Virus record (IMG/VR): IMGVR_UViG_3300048898_000066
Coordinates: 5,325 to 69,324 of that record
Source: a virus
Taxonomy: Duplodnaviria; Caudoviricetes
Length of the DNA stretch: 64,000 bases
Direction: 5' to 3' (one strand)
Part shown: positions 47,003 through 55,675 of the stretch, one piece after another
Layout of the letters: each line of letters starts with the position of its first letter
How positions within the stretch are numbered: the stretch's first letter is position 1
Made by a program: the position numbers and the translations under genes
Notes under the pieces: generated by a model
What the model was told of the DNA's origin: nothing
Database searches by the model: none
What the model saw: the letters and a program-made list of their open reading frames with translations, nothing else

Positions 47003-47191
47003 ATGAGTAAAGATAAAATCACGTTTGAAGACGGGCCAAACCTGACCAAGGTGTTTCTGAACGGATGGCTGATCGGCATCGTGACGCTGTTCCCCAGCGA
47101 TGGTCTCTGGCACTATAAACCGAATGGAGGCGAATTCAGTCAAAAATTCGGAAGTCGCAATGCCGCGAAAATTTCCTTGGGAGGGTCGTGA
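47003..47191 (+). CDS. Hypothetical protein (paralog pair, copy 2)
   Basis: ITF......V..NG..IG.....G.W.Y.P shared with the previous gene. Confidence 0.6.
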   Translation: MSKDKITFEDGPNLTKVFLNGWLIGIVTLFPSDGLWHYKPNGGEFSQKFGSRNAAKISLGGS

Positions 47192-47192
47192 C

Positions 47193-47528
47193 GTGGCCGA
47201 AAAGAATCTGTTCAAGGTTTGGGAAGTTACTCGTCGCAAAGACACTCTTGACGTAATCGGCACGGCGCTGATGTTCGAAGACGAGAGCAGGCTGGTTGCC
47301 GAAAAGTACATTGAAGGCTGTAATGCCTCTCCTTCCACACGGAACAGCGCGTTGCTTAAGACGCTTGAGATGTCATATCCTGGACAGCATTATCTGCTTG
47401 AGAAAGGATATGCTTATTACGATGTAGCCCACGCGCTCAACGTCGCAAAGGTGGCCCTGTCTCAAGCAGAAGGACGCATCAACCAACTGGAACGAATCCT
47501 CATTAAAGAAGGGATTATTACGAAATGA
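47193..47528 (+). CDS. Hypothetical protein
   Basis: ggaggg SD, GTG start. Confidence 0.55.
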   Translation: MAEKNLFKVWEVTRRKDTLDVIGTALMFEDESRLVAEKYIEGCNASPSTRNSALLKTLEMSYPGQHYLLEKGYAYYDVAHALNVAKVALSQAEGRINQLERILIKEGIITK

Positions 47529-47824
47529 TTGATCTGACTTACATCAACACAACGTTGTCTGCTCACCGCATTAAGTTGCATGAACTTGAATCCAGGGTTC
47601 GTGCTTATCAACGCATCTCAGAGAAGGTGGATGAGTTGGGCAATCACATTATTGACCGATACGTTGGATCTCCAGATGCAAGTGTGATTGCGAACATTTG
47701 TGACGAGTTAGTCCAGATCAGCGGAGATGTTGCTCACTCGGCATTGAACGCTCACATGAAAAAGGTGGAGAGCGAAATTAAGGAACTGGCCAAGGGGCTT
47801 GGCATTGACCTGAAGGATAAATAA
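47525..47824 (+). CDS. Hypothetical coiled-coil protein
   Basis: 99 aa; coupled. Confidence 0.6.
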   Translation: MIDLTYINTTLSAHRIKLHELESRVRAYQRISEKVDELGNHIIDRYVGSPDASVIANICDELVQISGDVAHSALNAHMKKVESEIKELAKGLGIDLKDK

Positions 47825-48561
47825 TGAAACTGGAAGATATCAAGACGCACGACGAACGAATGGAAGGGCTGGAGCCTTTCGATTCTGTGCACCGCAACGA
47901 GTACGAGAAAGAAATTCACGAACTGCGCGTACTAGCCAACTATCTGCAAGGATATAAGGATGCCGCGCCATCCGTTCACAATCACCACTACACATACGCG
48001 ATGAAGATTCCGAAAGGGTATCACTTCTCCCAGGTCGGCGACGTTGTGACGATTGATCAAATTCGCGAAGAGCCTGTTGCAGGGGAGCCTTCTCAAGCAG
48101 ACATTGATTATGAAAATAGCACCAAACTGAATGCAGAGAATATGCTCAAGGTGCAGGCAGCACTTGGAATTACCGACAATGGTTGGGTTGCTGTCGATGT
48201 AGTGCTGATGAAGCTGGATGCGTTAAAGAAGGCGGCAAAGGTCGGCACGGACTACATGCGCATGCAGGCTGATATGGCCGAGCATTATACCAAGTCGATG
48301 AAGATCAGCAATATCATTAACCAAATTAATCCGAATCCTGTAGCGACAACCGGTGAGATGATGGATATGTTAATGAACATTCCGGATGGCGGCAACTCCG
48401 TCAATGAATGTGACAAGGTGCAGATCACTTCCATCGGCTTGCCAGACCATTCAGCAAAGTTAACCGTCACCAACAATGATCCAAATTGCTCGTCTCTGAT
48501 GATTAACAAATCAAACAAGGACGACGGTGCCCGCGACCCGGTGCTTCACCACCCAGTATAA
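47824..48561 (+). CDS. Hypothetical protein
   Basis: 245 aa; coupled. Confidence 0.65.
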   Translation: MKLEDIKTHDERMEGLEPFDSVHRNEYEKEIHELRVLANYLQGYKDAAPSVHNHHYTYAMKIPKGYHFSQVGDVVTIDQIREEPVAGEPSQADIDYENSTKLNAENMLKVQAALGITDNGWVAVDVVLMKLDALKKAAKVGTDYMRMQADMAEHYTKSMKISNIINQINPNPVATTGEMMDMLMNIPDGGNSVNECDKVQITSIGLPDHSAKLTVTNNDPNCSSLMINKSNKDDGARDPVLHHPV

Positions 48562-48721
48562 TCACCTTGCATCGAAAATGGCACAGTAGTAAGGACGGTC
48601 CGATGGTGAACTAATCGCCATCGGACCGTAGTAGTAGAATCGACTTCCCACAACCCAACAGACCAGTAACCCAGCACAGCGATTGGGACGGTCTGGTCTG
48701 TTACAGACTAAGGAATCCAAT

Positions 48722-49264
48722 ATGGACTCACGTGTAGCATATTTGAACATCTGGCAAGTTCTTGCTGATGCCGCCCTCTCCACCGCCCCCGAAGCTGTTC
48801 GCAACGTCGCCCACAAACGAATCCCATCCCTGGAAGAATGCTCGGCCCCTCTCCGAGTTCACGTGGCCCGCAATTCCGTAGCATACGGTAACGCTGATAT
48901 CTCCCATATCACTTGGGAATTTGAAGCCATACAAGGTATGTTCTTCTCCTGCGCCACATTCGACGGCACAGGCCCATACGGAGTGGGAGCTAACAAATTC
49001 GCCATGCCCGGACAGAAAATTAACATGGCCCAGAAAGCATTGGTTCTGTTGACGTTAATGGAATTCGCCATGACGGACTGGGCAGATGGCACAGGTACGC
49101 CACACGTGGAGGGTAACTTCGAAAAACTGAAGGCCAAGATCCAGCAGGACTACGATGGCGGCGTGTCCGACCTGTCGCTCAACTATGACCAAATGTGCCG
49201 TGTTTCCCGGAACATCATCGCAGGCCACCTCAACGGCGGCAAGGTGATCAGCCGCGCGTCCTAA
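48722..49264 (+). CDS. Hypothetical protein upstream of the helicase
   Basis: aagga SD; hairpin plus TAGAAT upstream. Confidence 0.7.
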   Translation: MDSRVAYLNIWQVLADAALSTAPEAVRNVAHKRIPSLEECSAPLRVHVARNSVAYGNADISHITWEFEAIQGMFFSCATFDGTGPYGVGANKFAMPGQKINMAQKALVLLTLMEFAMTDWADGTGTPHVEGNFEKLKAKIQQDYDGGVSDLSLNYDQMCRVSRNIIAGHLNGGKVISRAS

Positions 49265-49316
49265 TAAACGTACTGCGCGCTGTACTTAGTTAAATCGGTT
49301 TATAGTTGAGGGATAA

Positions 49317-51080
49317 ATGGCAAACGAGGATAAGAGTAATGAGCAAGGAACAAACACTACAAATGGTGCTGTCGGCGTTGGCACTGTCGGCAATCGTCCT
49401 GCTGGCGGGACTGGTGCTTTGGTTGACGATTCTGTCGTGGATGCATCAGGTGAAACAGATCAAGAGTTCGATGACGAAGATGCGCCATTCGAACTCAAAG
49501 ATGCCGGCTTCGGCGAAGATTACCAAGAAGCTCAGATAACGACTGAGAAAGCTGTATTGCGATTGGCCGATGCGGCCGCGAAAGGGGAAGAGGCTATAGC
49601 CCAGGCCCGACTGGAGCCAGATCTGGTCAAGAGGATCAAGGCCATTCGTCAAGTAGGCGGTCTGGACTTTCCGGAGGTGAAGACTGTTAACACTGGCGGG
49701 ATGCAGGTGACGAGGCCGATCACGTCGGACATGAACGTGTACACTGCGCTGGATGCGTTATTCGGCAGCGAGTTGCCTATGCGCCCTCACTTCGATACTT
49801 TCCGTGGACGTACCGTTGGACATAACGGCTTGCCTGTTGATGGCGATTTTCCGATGAGGGATATTCTCTCGGCCATGTCAGCTGTCCAGCTGGAAGGCAT
49901 AGGCATCGACAATCTGCGCAAGACTTATCGCAACTGGGTCGGCGAGAAGAAGATGAACGACTTGACTTATAAGTTTGAGTCTTCTATTCCAGAGTGGGAT
50001 GGCGAAAAACGTTTGACGACTTATCTTGTCGATATAATCAAGTGCCATGCGACAGTGTTAAATGGAAAGTTCAGCAAGTACTTTTGGCTGTCTCTTTACA
50101 ACCGCATCATAAAGCCTGGCTGCTTTGCGCCTATGGTTCTGTCTCTGTTCGGCACTCAGGGTTGCGGCAAATCTTATCTGTCAAAGTTGATCTGTGAAGA
50201 GTTGCTTGGCCCAGGGGCGAATGCTGTTGAGCTTGACCTTGCCGCGATTGGCTCCGGGCAATTCATTAGGCAGATTACTGGTGCATCCGTCATCGCCAAC
50301 ATCGGCGAGATGGCTGGTTTCACCAAGGGCGACGTCAACAAGATCAAGGCCTTCATCACCAAAGACACAGACTCGCTTGACTGGAAGTACGAGGCCCACC
50401 GTCAACAGGCGAGACAATGGGTTATCGTGATGGACGGCAACAAGTACGAGGGGTTGCAACGAGATGACTCGGGCAACCGGCGCTTCTATCCAATGTTCTG
50501 CGGCCAGCTGAAGGATAAGAACGGCCAGCCTGACTGGGCAGACGACTTCTCCATAGATTACACAGGGTTCAGCGAGAGCTTCTGGCAGCTGATGGCCGAG
50601 TGTCGTGCTTGGATGGCCTCGCGAAAAGAGGAAGGTTACAAGACGTTCGTTGATGAAGTGATTAAAGACGTTAAGGAGTTCTCCGAATATGAGATGAAGT
50701 CGGATCGCGGCACCATTCGTGACGATGTATTGGATATGTACTTGCCGACAGTGCTGTTGAACGCGCCTAAGGTGTGGGTGGACAGCAAGCGCAGGGAGTC
50801 GGGCATCTTCGTTCTTGGTATGGATATCATGGAAGGGTTTGCAAGATACAAGGAGCGCCCTAAAGTAATCGGAAGTCACTTGAAGGCCAAGATCGCCGCG
50901 CTTGGTGGTGAGGATGATATGTGGAAGAATAAGCGTGGTTATTACTTCAAGGGCTATTCTTCTATTGATGACATGCATGATCGTCTTCTTGGTAAAGGAC
51001 ACTATGCCGGGGAGGATGCTGAAGACTCTGTTTCTTCCGAGTTTGTGGGCGTCGTTCATGACGATAACGGCGGGTTCTAA
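49317..51080 (+). CDS. VirE/VapE-like SF3-type replicative helicase
   Basis: P.WDG..RL, G.QGCGKS Walker A, IGEMAG Walker B and DDSGNRRF motifs. Confidence 0.85.
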   Translation: MANEDKSNEQGTNTTNGAVGVGTVGNRPAGGTGALVDDSVVDASGETDQEFDDEDAPFELKDAGFGEDYQEAQITTEKAVLRLADAAAKGEEAIAQARLEPDLVKRIKAIRQVGGLDFPEVKTVNTGGMQVTRPITSDMNVYTALDALFGSELPMRPHFDTFRGRTVGHNGLPVDGDFPMRDILSAMSAVQLEGIGIDNLRKTYRNWVGEKKMNDLTYKFESSIPEWDGEKRLTTYLVDIIKCHATVLNGKFSKYFWLSLYNRIIKPGCFAPMVLSLFGTQGCGKSYLSKLICEELLGPGANAVELDLAAIGSGQFIRQITGASVIANIGEMAGFTKGDVNKIKAFITKDTDSLDWKYEAHRQQARQWVIVMDGNKYEGLQRDDSGNRRFYPMFCGQLKDKNGQPDWADDFSIDYTGFSESFWQLMAECRAWMASRKEEGYKTFVDEVIKDVKEFSEYEMKSDRGTIRDDVLDMYLPTVLLNAPKVWVDSKRRESGIFVLGMDIMEGFARYKERPKVIGSHLKAKIAALGGEDDMWKNKRGYYFKGYSSIDDMHDRLLGKGHYAGEDAEDSVSSEFVGVVHDDNGGF

Positions 51081-51113
51081 CGCAATGTAGTAATGAAGCA
51101 ATGTCGCAAGATG

Positions 51114-51160
51114 TAAGGCCCGAGCCCAAAATGTGTTCGGGCCTTATTCAATTTTATTTT
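51114..51160 (+). terminator. Probable intrinsic terminator
   Basis: taaggcccga...tcgggcctta followed by T-rich run. Confidence 0.55.
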
Positions 51161-51172
51161 ATGGAGCACAAA

Positions 51173-51601
51173 ATGAAAGATATATGCAAATGTTGCGGCC
51201 AGACCATTAAGAAAGATAGGAAAGAGACTGTCAATGCCGCCGAAATATTAATCCCTGTTTCAAAGCTTTGGGTAAATGGCAAAAGAAGGCCAGTAGGAAT
51301 ATTCATTAAATCTTCAGACCTGCGATTGAATTTGATGGTGAACAAGGGAAATCCACTGATCGTGGACCGTAAATTGAAGTCCGAAATTGCCGATCTTGGT
51401 GGCGTTTCATCCATGGTGGCTAATGATCGTGGATATTATTCACAGGATATTCATCAGTTGATGAGTTCCAATGCGCTTTGCAAGAAAGGTACAAGGCCGA
51501 GAAGCTTGATTTCTGATACAAATTATACAAACTTTGCTTGCGGACTTTGTAATTTTCCTAGGGGTGAGCCAATTTTTCGTACTAGCTCGCAATGTTTCTA
51601 A
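51173..51601 (+). CDS. Stand-alone paralog of the helicase C-terminal domain
   Basis: 24/57 ungapped identities to the helicase C-terminus; ggag SD; N-terminal CKCC. Confidence 0.65.
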   Translation: MKDICKCCGQTIKKDRKETVNAAEILIPVSKLWVNGKRRPVGIFIKSSDLRLNLMVNKGNPLIVDRKLKSEIADLGGVSSMVANDRGYYSQDIHQLMSSNALCKKGTRPRSLISDTNYTNFACGLCNFPRGEPIFRTSSQCF

Positions 51602-51639
51602 GTCCTTGTTTATTAAGGATAAATACACATTTTTTTGCC

Positions 51640-51847
51640 AATATTGCGATCTTGCAGCGATTTTCCACGCCGCCAGAGTCGAGGGTGCGCGTAGTGTGCG
51701 GGCGTAAAGTATTTATTTATATTTCTATTCGTAAGATAGCAATATTAAGGGTTTAAGTATGATTTAATCTTTAATAATCAAGGACTTAGACAACATTGCG
51801 GCTTGCCAATTTCCGTGCGTAATGTTACTCGCGGCCTAGCAATGTTA
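51640..51847. repeat. AT-rich origin-like region with inverted AATATTGC(G/T)ATCTT repeats
   Basis: aatattgcgatcttgc 51640-51655; gtaagatagcaatatta 51731-51747; degenerate pair 51791-51847. Confidence 0.7.
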
Positions 51848-52010
51848 CGCTAAGTTCTTGATTTCAAACGTTTAATCTTCTTGCGACCAGCGACGATCTG
51901 TTTAGCTCACCCCACCGAAATTGTTTTACAGTTCGCGGCAGGACTTCTCACCCGAGATTCATTGCCATCAACAGTCAGAATCGCAAACACAGAGCGCCAA
52001 ACCAGCATCA

Positions 52011-52081
52011 CCGAACACTAATGAATTGAACACGCCACACGAACATCGCACAACGTATAATCGCCCGAACACTAATGAATT
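52011..52081 (+). repeat. 17-bp direct repeat flanking TATAAT upstream of terS
   Basis: ccgaacactaatgaatt at 52011 and 52065; tataat 52056-52061. Confidence 0.75.
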
Positions 52082-52102
52082 AAGCACCACTCAAATACCA
52101 CC

Positions 52103-52615
52103 ATGAGCACATACACCAAAGTCCCAGCATCACAATTCGGCAGCATCGAATTCGCGGAACTCAACAAGGAGTATTTCGCAGAGTACATCCAATACCGTCT
52201 GCACGGATACCATCCTCAAGTTGCGTTCCGTCGCACATTCGGTGACGAACAACTGCAACGTGACGGCCACCTCAAAGTTGAAGAGATTGAACACAACCCG
52301 TACGTGCGCCAGAAACTCGCGGCATTGCTCAAGGCAGTAAACATCGCAGAATTGTGGGATGAAAAGATCGCCGTCCATGAACTCATCAATCTGGCGCGCA
52401 ACGTGTTTGCCAAAGACAACACTCGCCTCGGTGCGATCAAGGAGTTGAACATTCTCTGCGGCATCACCGTCACAGATGAGAAGGGCAACACCAAGCGCGG
52501 CATGAGCCTGGATGAGTTCTACAAGACCCACGGCATCAGCGCCGACAAGGCAGAAGCCGGTCGCCCGGATAACGCGAACTTCGGAAGCGAAGGCGCGCCA
52601 CCTACGACACATTAA
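52103..52615 (+). CDS. Probable terminase small subunit
   Basis: N-terminal HTH-like region; R.GAIKEL..L.G motif; disordered tail. Confidence 0.6.
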   Translation: MSTYTKVPASQFGSIEFAELNKEYFAEYIQYRLHGYHPQVAFRRTFGDEQLQRDGHLKVEEIEHNPYVRQKLAALLKAVNIAELWDEKIAVHELINLARNVFAKDNTRLGAIKELNILCGITVTDEKGNTKRGMSLDEFYKTHGISADKAEAGRPDNANFGSEGAPPTTH

Positions 52616-52753
52616 GCGGTGAACGGTTCAACGATCTGGTCGCAGGGTGATGCGATATACCAGATTGGTTGTCGAAGCCTTAGAACACCAGCATCGAAGA
52701 TGAATACGAAACAGCCCGGAGGACTCTATCACGAGCGCTCCGGGCTGTTTCGT

Positions 52754-52969
52754 TTACAGGTAGATATCGTAAGTGCGATTACCACCAAGCAGCGAAAATC
52801 GCACGCTGATTGTTGTGACCCCGATTTTCTTTAGACTTTCAACATCTTGAATATTGATGTATTGGTTTCCGTGTAGTCTGAAGTCTTTGCCGTCATTCCA
52901 ATCTTTGAGAAGTTCGGCATCGGTCTTGTACACGCGACCATATGCTGGAAATGCGTTGATTGTGCTCAT
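52754..52969 (-). CDS. Hypothetical protein
   Basis: PAYGR.YK....DW..GKDF motif. Confidence 0.7.
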   Translation of the reverse strand: MSTINAFPAYGRVYKTDAELLKDWNDGKDFRLHGNQYINIQDVESLKKIGVTTISVRFSLLGGNRTYDIYL

Positions 52970-52994
52970 TTGACTCTTCCTTTGAGTTACGGGA

Positions 52995-53162
52995 TTATTT
53001 CACTGGGCGATATTCGTCATATTCCGGGTCGTACCCCTCTTCGCCTTCGACGTTCTCAAAGACTTCCACGAAGTCGGTATCATTTACAACGATGCCGAAA
53101 GCAGCCCAACCTTCGACGGTATCGACGGAGCCGGATTCCAGCTCCATAAAGAATTTAGTCAT
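52995..53162 (-). CDS. Small highly acidic protein (below the ORF-track cutoff)
   Basis: 55 aa MTKFFMELESG...EYDEYRPVK; aaaggag SD. Confidence 0.65.
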   Translation of the reverse strand: MTKFFMELESGSVDTVEGWAAFGIVVNDTDFVEVFENVEGEEGYDPEYDEYRPVK

Positions 53163-53163
53163 T

Positions 53164-53532
53164 TCAAACTCCTTTCAGCCGCAGGAACTGAAGCCACATC
53201 CAGTTCACATGCTCGTTGAGGAACACGCGCCCTTCTTTGCCTTCGTGATAACGGAACGTCATTGCACCGTCATTGATGCCGAGTGCTTGCATCCGAATTT
53301 CGAATTCTTTGTGCAGTTTGAACATTTGCGCCACCGAACGTTCAATGAGCAGCTTCAGTTCTGCGATGTAAGCATCCTGAAACTCGATGGAAGCGCCAAC
53401 GGATTCCACCAGTTCTGCGCGAATAAACTGCTCGTTATCGCAGTTGTCGATCCAGTTGCCGCAGAAGTCCAGCCGAGCCGCTTCACGGCCTTGATCTGCG
53501 GTGGCGTACAACGGGTCTTGTTCGTAGGTCAT
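53164..53532 (-). CDS. Early hypothetical protein
   Basis: aggag SD; first gene after the promoter. Confidence 0.7.
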   Translation of the reverse strand: MTYEQDPLYATADQGREAARLDFCGNWIDNCDNEQFIRAELVESVGASIEFQDAYIAELKLLIERSVAQMFKLHKEFEIRMQALGINDGAMTFRYHEGKEGRVFLNEHVNWMWLQFLRLKGV

Positions 53533-53568
53533 TTCAAACTCTCCTGAGTTACGTTAGTTGATGTAGAG

Positions 53569-53597
53569 ATAATACTCCCAGAAGTGGGAGTCGTCAA
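53569..53597 (-). promoter_or_regulatory. Sigma70 early promoter with palindromic spacer
   Basis: TTGACG-17-TATTAT; spacer contains ctccca-cttc-tgggag. Confidence 0.75.
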
Positions 53598-53827
53598 CAA
53601 TTATTTCACAGTTGCGTAAATACGACGAAGCCCGGACATCTTCTCAGATTATCCGGGCTTCGTTTGCCAGGTCGCGGCATGTCACTCAAATAATACGCCT
53701 TGATAGATCCTCAACCAAGTTATGTCACTTGACTTGCAAGCAGGGCACATCGCCCAATTGCCAACACCGATTGCGTACTTGGTGCCGACCCAATCGCATC
53801 GCAGGCATCGGTACACAGGTTTGAATG

Positions 53828-54052
53828 TCACTTAAAATCCTGCTTGCTCAGTCGCACAGGCTTAACGGCAACACCAGCCCAATGGAGCGCGTGCAGCACC
53901 AGAGCCACATCACACTCCTTGATGATAAAGGCGCGGTGGTGAGTTTCTGTGTCAGTTCCGTTCGCTGTGACCAAATGAGCGTGACCTTGCGTAAGTTCAT
54001 TTACGGCCTGTGCGATGACCCTTCTGTTTGCTTGTGATTTTATCAGACTCAT
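53828..54052 (-). CDS. Hypothetical protein
   Basis: 74 aa. Confidence 0.55.
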   Translation of the reverse strand: MSLIKSQANRRVIAQAVNELTQGHAHLVTANGTDTETHHRAFIIKECDVALVLHALHWAGVAVKPVRLSKQDFK

Positions 54053-54054
54053 AA

Positions 54055-54252
54055 TTATCCAATCCTTACCATCCCACAGCAGTTGCAGCCATAGCTGAGG
54101 TTGTCATCCCACAAATCATTGCTGCCGCACTTATGGCACCGACCTGTGAACGGGCCTGTTGGCTCATTGTTTGGGTTGTTGCAACGCTGTTCGATGGCTT
54201 TGATTCGTTCAGCAGCTTCGCGATGATAGCGATATGGATTGTAGTTGGTCAT
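54055..54252 (-). CDS. Small Zn-ribbon protein
   Basis: CHKC...CNCC. Confidence 0.6.
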   Translation of the reverse strand: MTNYNPYRYHREAAERIKAIEQRCNNPNNEPTGPFTGRCHKCGSNDLWDDNLSYGCNCCGMVRIG

Positions 54253-54410
54253 TATTGCTCTTCCACATTCAAGTTTCGTGTCTGGATGGCAAGAAGCTTA
54301 GCTTCCAACTCAATCGCGCGCCCAAGCACCTCTGCCCACGTTGTACGGCTGATCATAACGCCGCGCTCCAAATCTTCTTTCACTTGCTGCAGGTTGATTT
54401 GTTTGTTCAT
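54252..54410 (-). CDS. Small hypothetical protein (below cutoff)
   Basis: 52 aa MNKQINLQQVKEDLERG...; ggag SD; TAATG overlap. Confidence 0.55.
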   Translation of the reverse strand: MNKQINLQQVKEDLERGVMISRTTWAEVLGRAIELEAKLLAIQTRNLNVEEQ

Positions 54411-54652
54411 TTCTTTTCTCCAATATAAATTGTCGTCCCACGATGCATCGGGCCTTCATCGCTGTATGGTCCGATGCATGAGATGCGCAGTTCACCATCA
54501 TTGTGGTCCAGAGCCCACTCAATGGACGCGTCACTCACGCCATGCTCGTACAGCGCGGCGTGCCATCCGCAACTTTTGCACTCTCCATTTCGCGCGAACT
54601 CTGATTCTAGCCGTTCACGCGCAGAGTCAATCTGTTCTTGAGTTGCCATCAT
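54407..54652 (-). CDS. Hypothetical Cys/His protein
   Basis: C.SCGWH...C....HRG. Confidence 0.6.
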   Translation of the reverse strand: MMATQEQIDSARERLESEFARNGECKSCGWHAALYEHGVSDASIEWALDHNDGELRISCIGPYSDEGPMHRGTTIYIGEKK

Positions 54653-54895
54653 TCACTCCTTTGGTTGAACGTGCTTGGCAAGAGCTGATGCCAGATCTTC
54701 AATGAACTCTTCAAAGTCAGAGAACCCAACGCGCTCTCTGACTTCCTTGAGGAGTGCCATCACATCAGAATCGCCAGAGCCGGTCTTGAACTCCAGATCG
54801 AGATTCAACATGACCTGCGACAAGTCGCACTGCTCTTCATCGACGTACAGTTCTTCAGCTAGCAATTCGATATCAATGTTGTGGTCTGACATCAC
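54653..54895 (-). CDS. Acidic hypothetical protein
   Basis: 80 aa; about 21 D/E versus 6 K/R. Confidence 0.6.
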   Translation of the reverse strand: MMSDHNIDIELLAEELYVDEEQCDLSQVMLNLDLEFKTGSGDSDVMALLKEVRERVGFSDFEEFIEDLASALAKHVQPKE

Positions 54896-55152
54896 TTATC
54901 GCCTTTCCTCGGATAGTAGTTCTTGCACAGTCGTTCACGTGCACCGTGCAGGTCATCGGCACCAGACCACCACAGCATCGCGGCCTGCTCGGAGTTCTCT
55001 TTGGTCTGTTCGACTGTCACTGGTCGCTCTTGAGTTCTAATTATATGCTCAATCTTGCCCTCTGCTGCGTTCAGCTTAATGGCAACGATGATGGAAAGGC
55101 CGAGGTGAATGATGATTGCAATCAGAACGATTTTAAGTCTGTTCTCGTTCAT
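54892..55152 (-). CDS. Membrane-anchored hypothetical protein
   Basis: N-terminal TM. Confidence 0.6.
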   Translation of the reverse strand: MNENRLKIVLIAIIIHLGLSIIVAIKLNAAEGKIEHIIRTQERPVTVEQTKENSEQAAMLWWSGADDLHGARERLCKNYYPRKGDK

Positions 55153-55409
55153 CTTGGCTCCTCAGTCAATCCGCGCCAGTCACTGTTCTGATAGGCCGAT
55201 GTATAGTTCATTCGGCTTGCGCGATCAATTGCATGTTGAGGGCTGTATGGATTTGCAGGAATTACGCCGCTCATCCACGCTTTGCCATTCCAATACGAAA
55301 AGATGCGAACGTTTTGTGGCGTGCAATGTTTCTGCATACGTTCATAGACGCCGGGACGACCTGGCACCGTCTGCTCTCCGTTGAACCATGCAGTCAGTAC
55401 TGGCTTCAT
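55149..55409 (-). CDS. Hypothetical protein (tandem paralog A)
   Basis: WFNG..P..PGVYER, FSYW.G..W and DWRGL..EP motifs. Confidence 0.7.
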   Translation of the reverse strand: MKPVLTAWFNGEQTVPGRPGVYERMQKHCTPQNVRIFSYWNGKAWMSGVIPANPYSPQHAIDRASRMNYTSAYQNSDWRGLTEEPR

Positions 55410-55675
55410 TTCGGCTCCTTACTCAGGCCGCGCCAGTCGCGATCTTGCCAAGTAGATTTCATTTGTTGGCGCGACGCATTGTCGATGCAGGCTTGAATCG
55501 ATTCACAAATAGATGTGTTACCCTGCGCCTTCCACTCCCTGCCATCCCAATATGAGAATACGCGCAGATTTGGATCATATTTAGGCCTGCGTTCATACAC
55601 GCCAGGAATGGCAGGGACGCGCGTCTTGCCGTTGAACCACGGCGTAGTTTCTTTGACAGAGATGCCCATGATCAT
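55406..55675 (-). CDS. Hypothetical protein (tandem paralog B)
   Basis: Same motifs as paralog A. Confidence 0.7.
   Translation of the reverse strand: MIMGISVKETTPWFNGKTRVPAIPGVYERRPKYDPNLRVFSYWDGREWKAQGNTSICESIQACIDNASRQQMKSTWQDRDWRGLSKEPK

Noticed and set aside
50181-51101. 306-aa minus-strand ORF
   Set aside because: Shadow of the helicase gene
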